Origin: an uncultured bacterium
GTDB lineage: Bacteria > Margulisbacteria > WOR-1 > CAVSGV01
Length of the DNA: 32,000 nt
NCBI GenBank assembly: GCA_963699255.1
Contig: OY969425.1
Location: forward strand, 570,001 to 602,000
Direction of reading: 5' to 3'
Positions 12,001 through 24,000 of the stretch are shown one piece after another. The notes beneath the pieces are model-generated. The model saw only the letters and a program-made list of their open reading frames with translations, had not been told where the DNA came from and made no database searches. The translations under genes and the position numbers were made by a program. Positions within the stretch are counted from its first letter, which is position 1. Each line of letters begins with the position of its first letter.

Positions 12001-15000
12001 CACTTCCCAGGTGATATTGTAGCTGGCGCCTCCGGTCAATGTATCGCCTGGTGCCGGAGAAATAACTTCAATAGTAGGAGGCATGATGTCATTTATGTCC
12101 GTTTCAGGCCCTGTGTATCCGGAATAATGGTAGCCCATGTTCACCTTTAATGCGTCGCCATATTGCGCCAGAGGATGAGTCCCGTAACCCTCCTCCGATC
12201 CCAGACCAAGGTCAAAGGCGTTTCCGATCCCGGTATTTATGCAGGGCGAATTATTGTACAGGTGCACATTATTAGTCCCGTACACGAACAGCGGCTCCGC
12301 GCTGATATTGCCCTCCCCTTCCCATCCGCCCTGAATGCAGGAATAAGTTACAGTTGAAGAAGAGGCGCTCTCATCGATGATGCTTGCCCCTAAATTCCCA
12401 TAGATGATAGAGTTGGAAATGACCGGATGACAATTGGAACTATTATCAATCCCGGCGCCGTGGTCGCTTGCGCTATTTAGAGTAAAGGTGCAGTCTGAAA
12501 TGATCGGGTTGGATTGGAAGTTATTCCATATCCCGCCGCCCATCGATGCGCTATTTAAAGCAAAGGCGCAGTTTGAAATAGTCGGGGAGGAGAGGTTGTT
12601 CTCTATCCCTCCGCCGCTGCCAGGCGAACTATTTGAAATAAAGACGCAGTTTGAAATGGTCGGGTTGGAGGCATTGTTAAATATCCCGTCGCCGCTGTTT
12701 GAAGTAAAGGAACAGTTTGAGATGATCAGGGAGGCGTCAACATCGGAGTTAAATATGCCGCCACCGCCGCCGCTATTTGAAGCAAAAGAACAGTTTGAGA
12801 TGATCGAAGAGCCCCCGGCGTTATAGATGCCACCGCCATCGCCGCCGCCGGCTTCATTTGAAACAAAATCACAGTATAAGATGGTCGGGGAGGAATCAGT
12901 AAGATATATCCCGCCGCCGCCGTTGCCTTCTGCGGAATTTAAAGTAAAGAAACAGTTTGAAATGGTCGGGGAGGAATTTTCGAGATAAAGCCCGCCGCCG
13001 GCGTCAGAATTATAACCCTTCTTTATGGTGAAGTATTCAATGGTAGTGGCGGAGCTAAGATTGAGTCCATACACGCACTGGACGCTGCCCTCTCCGGATA
13101 TTATTGTAGTTGAAGGGCCTAAGGTCTGCGCCCAGCCGTTATCATAACCGCCCCTCAAATATACGCCGTCCTCAAGAGTGATGGTGCCTGTGTTTGGAGC
13201 GGTCAGGGAATACACCCCATGCTTCACATGTATCTCATCGCTGATAACAGCGACCAATTCGGCTTCGTTTATCGTCTTGAACGGAGATTCCGGCGTCATT
13301 CCGCTGTTCCCCTCGGGAGAAGCCGAGTCCACGTACCAGGTAAGGGTGGTGGTATCCGGTTGCTGATATCCGTAGTAATGGTAGCCCATGTCCACGATCC
13401 CCGTATCGCCGCGAATGCCATCCGGGTTGGTCCCATAATGCTGCTCCCATCCCAGCCCAAGGTCAGAGGCCTGCCCGGTCCCGGTACTTATACAGGGCGA
13501 GTTATTATGGCGGGAAAGGTGCACATCGCCCGCCGGCCCGTTCACGAACTGCGGATCATCAGAAATATTGCCTACTCCCACAAAATAGAAATCAATGCAG
13601 GAGTAGGTTACAGTTGAATGAGAGTTTGAAGTATCCAGGAAGCTTCCTCCGGAATTCCCGTAAATGATAGAGTTGGAAATTATTGGGGCGGAGTCATTGT
13701 TACAAATCCCGCCAGCCGCCCCTGCGCCGTAAGGCGCACTATTTGAAGTAATGGTGCAGTTTGAGATGATCGGGGAGGAGGAGATGTTCAATATCCCGCC
13801 GCCCGTGGTTTCCGCGCTGTTTAAAGTAAAGACGCAGTTTGAGATGATCGGGGATGACGAGCTGATATCTATCCCGCCGCCGTAAGGCGCGTGATTTGAA
13901 GTGAAGGCGCAGTTTTCGATGGTTGCTGCAGAGGAGTCTTGGTGCAGTATCCCGCCGCCGCTGGCATCCGCGCTGTTCGATGTAAAGGTGCAGTTATTGA
14001 TGATGGAGAAGCTGTTATCATCAAATATACCGCCGCCGGAATATGCATTGTTTGACTCAAAGGTGCAGTTTGAAATGACCGGGTAGGTGCCCGACGATTG
14101 GTATATCCCGCCGCCGTTACCCTTGCTGACACCGGTTAAAGTAGTGTTTAAAATAAAGTTGCAGTTCAAAATGACCGGGGATCTTTCACTGAATATCCCG
14201 GCGCCGGTGGGCGCTTCATTTGAAGTAAAGGTACAATTTGAAATAGTCGGGGAGGAGGAATAGTCGTTTTCTATAGCGCCGCCGTTGCCAACTCCACAGT
14301 TTGAAGTAAAGGCGCAATTAATGATCGTTGGAGAAGAATTAGTGAGATAAAACCCGCCGCCATAGGTAGATCTGCCATTTTGTATGGTGAAACCCTCAAT
14401 GGTGGTGGCGGAGCTAAGCCCGGATCCGTAAAGGCACTGGACCGCGGCATCTCCGGATATTACAGTGAGCGAGGGATCGTCAGCCGGGGTCCAATCATAG
14501 TTACATGCCATTAAAAAGGTGCCGCTTTCCAGGGAAATTGTGCCCGTGCCCGGAGTAGAGAGGGAATATACCCCGCGCATCACATGTATCTCTTCAGTGC
14601 CTGTCATGACAGCCGCCTCGGCGCTGTTGATCGTCTTGAACGGATCGTCAATAGTGCCGATCCCCGGACCCGGACCGGGAGCATTGGCATTTACATAGAA
14701 TGTCAGCGGGCCGGGCGGCCCGGAAAGCGTTTCAAATGAAACCGGACGGCTGTACGCGCTGCTGCCGGCTTCATTGGTGGCCAGGACCTTCCAGTAGTAT
14801 TTGGTGTTCGGAGAAAGGACCGGCCAGGTATATGAAGCCTCGTAAGTGATCCTTGTTCCCATATTGGAAGCTGACGGATCTATCCCATAGCTGACAATAT
14901 AATATGTAGGCAGACCGACCGGGACCTCCCATGTGCCGTTGGCGGTAGTTTCGGCGATGCCGTTGGTGAACAGGCCTTCGGGAGTTAAAGGCTTGGAAAG

Positions 15001-18000
15001 GATGGTGAACGCATTGCTTAAGCCGGTCCCGCTGTTGTATGAGTGATCCAGCGCGACTATCTTTATTTCAGCCCAGGTTGAGGCAATGAACGGAACTGTC
15101 CAGGTATAGTGTGTAGTGGAAATATCGACCGTATCTATCTTATACGTGTCCACATCAGTCTCTCCTGTCGCGTAATAGATAGTGATGGGATAAATAAGCC
15201 CGTTTTCATCGGCCGCTGTCCAGCTGATATCGTGGGTGCTTCCAACGATCCAGCGTTCGCCGCCTGCGGGAGAATAAACAGTAACAGCAGGCGGCGTGAT
15301 ATCGGATATATCGTCTTCTGGAAGCACATACCCCGCAGAATAATAATGATATCCAATGTTCACATTTGAGGAATCGCCGTGAACGCCATCCGGGTTCGTC
15401 CCATATCCGTTGGTCAAGTTGTAGGTGAGCGCATAAGCATCGGGGGTCCCGGCGTTAATGCAGGGAGAGTTGCTGGCAATGTGCACATCGCCCGTTAATG
15501 GGTCCACAAGATATGGATTACCGTTTATATTCCCTACTCCCGGATAAAGCGGGTCCGTTCCGATGTCGCAGTAGGTGGCGCTCAAAGAAGAATCGGCTGG
15601 ATCATTGAATATGTCCCCTCCATAACACCCATAAACTATGGAGTTCACAATAGTCGAATGGGAACCCTGAACGTTCCATATCGCGCCGCCGACACGAGGA
15701 GCGCTATCCGCGGCAAAGGTGCAACCATAGATGTGCGGAGATGAATGGTTATTATAGATCGCGCCGCCCCCGTAAAAATGCGCGCTGTTCGTGGTAAAGA
15801 TGCAGTTCACGATATCCAGGGAGGAGTAAGCGTTACATATCGCCCCGCCGCCCCCGATGTCTACGCCGCCCGCGCTGTTTGAAGTAAAGATGCAGTTAGC
15901 AATGAGTATGCCGCTGCTGTTCGCGTTAAAGATCGCGCCGCCGTAATCATCTACATTATTTGAAGTGAACGTGCAGTCCAGGATCTTCGCGGCGGAGTCA
16001 TCGCCAAAGAGCGCGCCGCCGTCGCTATCCGCGCTGTTCGAAGTGAAGATACAATCTGAGATGATCGGGGCGCCGCCCGAATAATATATGCCGCCGCCAT
16101 AGCTAGCCGCATGATCTAAAGCAAAGGCGCAGTTCGTGATGGTCGGGGAGGAATCAGTAAGATAGATACCGCCGCCATTTCCGCTGTATGAATAGCCGGA
16201 ATTGCCCCTCATTATGGTGAAGTACTCGATCGTGGTGGAAGAGCTAAGCCCGGATCCGTACATGCACCGGACCGCGTTCCCTCCATCAACTATCGTCGCT
16301 GACCAGGTCCCTGTCTGCGTCCAGCTGTCATCATATCCGCCTGTCAAAGATACGCCGTTCCCGAGAATAATGGTGCCCGTTCCCGGATCTGTCAGGTCAT
16401 AGGTCCCCTGCTTTACCAGTATCTGATCATTGCCATACGCGGCCGACTCGGCGCTGTTGATCGTCCTGAACGGAGATTCCGGCGTATCTCCGCTGTTCCC
16501 CTCGGGAGAAGCCGCGTCCACATACCAGATCGCCGGAGTCTCTCTCCACGTCTTAAAAGATGCGATCGCACTGGGCAGCCCTTCACCGGCTTCATTGCTG
16601 CCCGAGACCTTCCAGTAGTATGTTGTGGCTGGCGTGAGCCCGCTCCAGGAATAATTTGCCGCCGTCGTCGTTATTATCCCGCCGTTGGTCGCGGTCGGAT
16701 CCGTACCCCACCTTATAATATATGTATCCGGCTGGCCGTCCGGGACAGTCCAGCTGCTGTCGGCGGAATTGGTCGTTTGATTGGTGGTGACCAGGCCTGT
16801 GGGAGCCAGAGGCGTTGCGACTATATTGAATACCTGGCTTGCTCCGCTTCCAAGATTGTAGTAGCTGTCGACCGCCGTTATCTTTATTCTGGCATCGGTG
16901 GTAGGAGTTCCGGGGATCGTCCACATGTAGTCTGAATCGGTCGTGTTTTTGGTCGCTATCTTATATGGATATGATGCTCCGCCGTCTATTGAGTAATAGA
17001 TCGTGATCGGATTGATAAGCGAGCCGCCGCCGCTGTCGCTAGCCATCCAGTCGACATCTTTGCTGCTTCCAACGACCCAGGAAACCCCGCCAGCGGGATC
17101 TTCCACCGAAACCGCGGGCGCCGTGTGGTCAGTTATATTTGACTCGGGACCCGTGTATCCGCTGTAATGGTAGCCCATGTTAACTCTTAAGGAATCCCCA
17201 TATTGCGCCAGAGGATGCGTCCCATAACCTTCCTCCGATCCCAGCCCAAGGTCAAATGCCTCGCCGGTCCCGGTATTTACGCACGGCGAATTAGCATAAA
17301 GGTGTACGTCATTTGGCGCGTTTCTGAACAGCGGATCCGTGCTTATATTCCCGATCCCGGAGCAGCCGCCCTGAATACAGGAATAGTTCACACCAGAAGA
17401 AGACGTCGAGTCATTTAAAATGCTCCCTCCCGGGTTCCCATAAATGATGCAATTGTAAATGACCGGCGATGAATGGTTCGAGTTATAGATGCCCCCGCCG
17501 CCGCCGTCCGAATATGTACCCCAGAAGGCGCTGTTAGAGGTGAATGTGCAGTTGAATATTGCAGGCGAAGAATAGTTGGTGTTATAGATGCCGCCGCCGT
17601 GATCCGCGTTATTTGAAACAAAGAAAAAGTTCTTTACGGTCGGCGAAGAATTTGTCAGATACAGTCCGCCGCCATCGGTGGCGCTGCCATTTTGTATGGT
17701 GAAACCCTCGATCGTTGTGGTAGGGCTGAGATCGATACCGTACATGCACTGTACGCTCCCCTCCCCTGATATTATGGTCGTTAAGGTCCCCGTGCCCTGG
17801 TTCCAGCCGTTGTCATATCCGCCCCTTAAATATACGCCGTCTTCGAGAGTAACGGTGCCGGTATCAGCCAGAGAATATATCCCCTGCCTTACATGTATCT
17901 CATCCCCGCCGAACGCTGCGGACTCGGCGCTTTGGATGGTATTGAACGGAGACTCCGGCGTCGTTCCGCTGTTCCCTTCGGGAGAAGCCGCGTCCACATA

Positions 18001-21000
18001 CCAGACCGTCAGGCTGGAACTTCTCGTTTTAAAAGACGCGATCGTACTGTACGGCCCTGCTCCGACTTCATTGGTGGCTAAAACTTTCCAGTAGTATTGG
18101 GTGGCAGGGTTAAGTCCGCTCCAGGAATAATCCGCCTCTGTTGTCATGATTGTGTTTATGTTGTCGGCATTATCGGCATTTGTCCCATAGCTGATAACAT
18201 AATATGCCGGTGAGCCGGCCGGAACGCTCCAGCTGCTGTAGGCGGTGGTCGTCGTTTTATTGATCGTGCTCAGGTTCGTGGGCGCTAACGGGACCGAGCC
18301 TATCGTGAACGCCGGGCTTGCTCCGCTCCCGAGGTTGTAAGAGTTATCCGGCACTGTCACTTTTACCATGGCCTCGTTGGTGTTTATATTGGGGACCGTC
18401 CAGCTATAGGTTTTATCGGTATATTCACATGTGCCTATCTTATTATATGTGGCTCCCTCGTCTGTTGAATAATATATGGTTACGGGATCGGTAAGCCCTC
18501 CGCTGTCGGACGCGTCCCAGGTAATATCGCGGCTCTCCCCGCCGGACCATACTGTGCTGCCTGAGGGTGTATATACCGTTACAGAGGGAGGCGTCGTGTC
18601 GGATATATCTGTTTCAGGACCCGCGTATCCGCTGTAATGGTAGCCCATGTTGACCCGAAGGGAATCTCCGTAAAGGGTATTCTGATTGGTCCCGTAACCC
18701 TCCTCCGATCCCAGACCAAGGTCAAAGGCCTCGCCGGTCCCGTAGTTTACGCAGGGAGAAGTATTATATAGATGCACATTATTCAGCCCGGCCACGAACT
18801 GCGGATTGTCGCTGATATTGCCATCCCCGAGATAGCCGCCCTCTATGCAGGAATATTTTATATCGGGGGAAGATGACCCGTTTGAAATGTTATCTACCGA
18901 GTTCCCGAAGATTATCGAATTAATAATGCCCGGGGAAGAGCAATAGTTGGCGATCCCGCCGCCGCTGGTCGCGCTGTTCGAAGTAATTGTGCAGTTCGAT
19001 ATCTCCGGGGTGGAGGCGCCGTTATATATCCCGCCCCCGCCGCCGCTTGAATGATTTGAAATAAAGGCGCAGTTATTGAGGACGGGCAAAGAGCTTTCGA
19101 TGTTCGCCATGCCGCCGCCGAGCGCGCTGAGCCCGTTGCTTACGCTGTTCAAAATAAAGGTCGTGTTTTCAATGTCAGGAGAAGAATTGTCGTTCTCCAG
19201 GCCGCCCCCGTTTTCCGCGGTATTTGAAGTAAAGGCGCAGTTTTCAACGGTCGGCGATGAAGCATAGTTCCATAACCCGCCGCCGCTGCCGCTGTCCGCG
19301 TGATTTGAAGTAAAAGCGCAGTTTGAAACTGTTGAAGCCAGCACTCCACTGTTAAACATCCCGCCGCCGTTCGAATCCGCGCTGTTAGAAATAAAGTCGC
19401 AGTTCAAAACTTCCGGAGTTGAAGAAGAATCGCTATACATCCCGCCGCCGTAGTTCGCGATATTTGACTCAAATGAGCAGTTTGAGATAGTTGGGGAGGA
19501 AAAAGTTTCGTTATACATCCCTCCGCCCTCTATCCCGCCGCTGTTCGATGTAAAGGTGCAGTTTGAAATTGTCGGGAAGCAATAATTATCATTCAGCATT
19601 CCGCCGCCAAACACCTCAGCGCTGTTAGAAATAAAGGCGCAATTAGAGATGAATGGAAAAGAGGCGTCACCACTATTAATTCTTGAATTACTAATACCTG
19701 CGCCGCCGCCCGCGCGGTTCAATATAAAGGTGCAATTAGAGACCTCCGGAGATGAGCCGTCGATACAAAGCCCTCCACCGGCATCCCCTGCATAATTTGA
19801 CTCAAAACTGCAGCTTGAAAAAGTTGAAAAAGAGCGAAACATATATATTCCGCCGCCCTGGTAATACGTGTAATTGGATACGAATGCGCAGTTCAATATG
19901 GTCGGTGAAGAATATTCCAGATAAAGTCCGCCGCCGAGGCCGAAAACCGCCCTGTTATTATTAAAGGCACAGTTCGTGATCGTTGGTGAAGAATAAAAAA
20001 GAGCGGCCCCGGCGCCCTTGCCGCCAGTGTCGCCTTCGTATTCATTGACATACCCACCTTGTATCGTGAGGTTTTCAATGGTGGTAGCGGAGCTAAGATC
20101 GTCGCCATACAAGCACCGGACGCTGCCCTCTCCGGATATTATAGTGATTGAAGGGTCATCGATTTGATTCCAACCGTTGTCATATCCGCCTCTCAAATAT
20201 ACGCCGTCCTCGAGAGTGATGGTGCCTGTATGCGGAGCGGTCAGGGAATAGACTCCCATTCTTACATGTATCTCATCACCGTCAATCGCGGCAGACTCGG
20301 CGCTGTTGATGGTATTGAGCGGAGACTCCGGCGTCATTCCGCTGTTCCCCTCCGGAGAAGCCGCATCCACGTACCAGGTCGCAGGATGGCGTATGCTGAA
20401 CTCCCCGCTTTCGCCGGTGCCAAGGTTATAATAAGCATCGGCCATTGTGATCTTTATTTTGGCCTCATTGGTGACAAGATTGGGAACCGTCCAGGGATAG
20501 CTTGTAAGAGTTGCGTCACATGTATCGATCTTAGTATAGACCTTCCCCTCATTTGTTGAATAATAGATGGTGACGGGACTGATAAGCCCGTCGCTATCGG
20601 ACGCTTCCCAGGTAATATCGCGGCTGGTGCCTGTAACCCAGGCATTGCCGGCTGCCGGAGAATATAAAGTGATAGTTGGAGGCGTTGAATCGGGTACATT
20701 TTGTTCAGAGTTAGTGTATCCGGAATAATGGTAGCCCATGTTAACTCTTCCGGCATCGCCATATATCGCCAGAGAATGTGTCCCGTAACCCTGACCGAAA
20801 CCTAATCCAAGGTCTGAAGCCTCGCCGGTCCCTTTATCAACGCAGGGCGAGTTGTTGTAAAGGTGCGCATCGCCTGCTGACGCATTAACGAACAGCGGAT
20901 CTGCATGGATAACGCCGGCGCCTGAAATTATTCCCGGAAAACAGGAATAAGTAATAGTTGGATTGTTGCCTTGAATATCGACTGCGGAATTACCGTAAAT

Positions 21001-24000
21001 TATTGAGTTCTTTACTGTAGGAGTACATGAAAAGCTATACAGCCCGCCACCGTTAACTGCGGTATTTTCTGTTAAAGTGCAGTTTGAAATGATCGGCGAA
21101 GATTGGATACAATATATCCCGCCGCCGCCATAACCACCCGTGCCGGCAGTTGAGATATTGAATATAAAGAGGCAGTTTGAGATGGTCGGGGTGGAGTTGG
21201 ATACCTGGCTATATATTCCGCCGCCGGAAGCCCCGGTGTTTGAAGTAAAGGTACAGTTTTCGATGGTTATATTTGCGGTGGCGGCATACTCATATATATA
21301 TATGCCTCCACCGCCGGTGGTGCTTGCGCTATTTGAAGCAAAGGCGCAGTTTGAGATAGTTGGGGAGCCGTAAAAACTAGCTATACCGCCTCCGTTAGTA
21401 GCGTCTGCGCTATTTGACTCAAAGGTACAGTTTAATACCTCCGGGGTGGAGTTGTTGCCATATATTCCGCCGCCGAAACCGGCAATTGCCTTATTTGAAG
21501 TGAAAGTGCAATTTTGAAAGACAGGGGAAGATGCTGTGGCAAATACCCCGCCGCCGCCTGAATTTGCCCTGTTTGAAGTAAAGGCGCAATTTCGGATGGT
21601 CGGGGAGGAGGTGGTAAGAACAAGTCCGCCGCCACAGCCGGCAGCGCCGGAGCCGGAGTTATAACCATTATTTATGGTGAAGCATTCAATAATGGTAGCG
21701 GAGTTAAGGTTTGTTCCGGACAAACATTTGACACTGCCCTCTCCTGATATTATGGAAAGCGAAGGGTCATTAGTGGGATTCCAGCTGTCGTCATAACCGC
21801 CTCCCAAATATACGCCGTTTTTGAGAGTAATAGTGGCAGGCAAACGATATGTCCCGTGTTTCACAAGTATCGCGTCACCGGTAGAGACAACCGACTCGGC
21901 GGTGTTTATGGTTTGAAAGGCGTCAAGCGCAGTAAGCCCGCTGTTAGAGTCGCGCCCATTAATGCTATCAACATAATAAGTTAAAGGCATATTATTCGAC
22001 TCCAGAAATTGATAGGCCTGGGTCGCCCCGACAGGGTCAGAAAGCTGAGTGACAGTGCCGGCCGTGTCATCCAGGGGAACGGCATAGACGGTGTGATATC
22101 CGCAAGTTAACGAAGAAGGCGCTGTCCCGGTCCATGTCCTGGTAGTTGTGCCTCCTCCCAATGCAGCCATGGTCCAGGGCCCCTGAGTGGAGTCTATCTG
22201 GAACCCTACCATCTTGATCGTGGAATTGGTCAGTGTGGTAGTGGCTGTACCGCTGAAGGAGGGAGTTGTGTTCTTTGTTAAATTATTAACAAAAGGATTG
22301 ATCGAGGTTGTTAAAGGAGAAGACACTGTCTCTTCGGATATCACGGTTACATTACCACTGTTATTATTGGCCACATAGATCTTATTGGTGTTGGGATTTA
22401 CGGCTACATAACCAGGATGAGTTCCGGTAGTTACCGTAGTGGTGGTATTAGTAGCTCCATCAATTACGGTTACATTACCACTGTTATTATTGGCCACATA
22501 GATCTTATTGGTGTTGGGATTTACGGCTACAGATAAAGGAGTGTTTCCGGCAGTTACTGTAGTGGTTGTATTAGTAGATCCATCGATCACGGTTACGTTA
22601 TTGCTGGTAGCCTGATTGACCACATAGATCTTATTGGTATTGGGGTTTACAGCTACATCACTAGGATAAGTTCCGGCAGTTACCGTAGTGATGACATTAT
22701 TAGTAGCCCCATCGATCACGGTTACATTATTACTCCCAAAATTAGCCACATAGATCGTGTTGGTCTTGGGGTTTACGGCTACTGCTCTAGGATTAGTTCC
22801 GGCAGTTACCGTAGTGATGACATTATTAGTAGCTCCATCGATCACGGTTACATTACCACTATCATTATTAGCCACATATATCTTATTGGTATTAGGGTTG
22901 ACGGCTACTGCATCAGGGGCCGTCCCGGTAGTTACCGTAGTGGTGACATTATTAGTAGCTCCATCAATTACGGTTACATTATTGCTAAGAGGATTAGCCA
23001 CATAGACCTTATTGGTATTGGGGTTTACGGCTAAAGCATTAGTATTACTTCCGACAGTTATTGTAGCGGTGGAATTATCAGCCCCATTGATCACGGTCAC
23101 ATTGGGACTACCTGTATTAGACACATAGACCTTATTGGTAATGGCGTTTACGGATACAGCCTGAGGATAAGTTCCGACAGCTACCGTAGTGATGACACCA
23201 TTAGTAGCTCCATTGATCACGGTTACATTATTAGTGCCATTATTTACCGCATAGATCTTGTTGGTATTGGGGTTTACGGCCACTGCATCAGGGCCAGATC
23301 CGACGGTTACCGTAGCGGTGGAATTTGCAGCCCCATCGATCACGGTCACATTATTAGTGCTCATATTGGCCACATAGATCTTATTGGTATCGGGGTTTAC
23401 AGCTAAAGATTGAGCGCCAGATCCCACAGTTATCGTAGCGGTGGAATTGTCAGCCCCATTGATCACGGTTACATTGTAATCCAAATAATTTGCCACATAG
23501 ATATTATTGGTGTTGGGGTTTACGGCTACGGCATACGGATAAGTTCCGACAGTTACCGTAGTGGTGACATTATTAGTGGTTCCATCGATCACAGATACAG
23601 TATTACTATTTTGATTGCCCACATAGACCTTATTGGTATTTGGGTTTACGGCTACAGGCCAAGGTTGAGACCCAACAGTTACTGTAGTAATGACACTATT
23701 ATTAGCTCCATTGATCACGGTTACAGAACCACTGGAATTATTGGTCACATAGATCTTATTGTTATTGGGGTTTACGGCTACTGCACGAGGGCCAGATCCG
23801 ACGGTTACCGTAGTGGTAACGGCATCAGTAGCCCCATTGATCACGGTTACGGTCCCGCCCCCCAAATTAGCCACATAGATAACATTGGTATGAGGGTTTA
23901 CGGCTACTGCATAAGGAATACTTCCGACAGTTATCGTAGTTATGACATTATTAGTAGCCCCATCGATCACGGTTACATTATTAGTATTTGCATTGGCTAC

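Larger units (their letters stand above)
1..21979 (-). repeat. Thirteen long modules: header (W)YVDAASPEG..PFKTINSAES..GDEIHV..GTYSL, parallel beta-helix, GYHY cap, Ig-like domain
   Basis: Header positions (upper coordinate) at about 21979, 20376, 18003, 16527, 14700, 13338, 11753, 9790, 8212, 6229, 4342, 1980 and 587. Complete modules end in a cap like 'GDVHLYNNSPCVNTGTGEA.DLGL..YGTNPD..GDDG.VNMGYHYSGY' followed by 'PPTVEVYSPAGGD..TGGSSYDITWEASD...YSWTVPNISTTEARIKVTAVD'. Confidence 0.9.
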
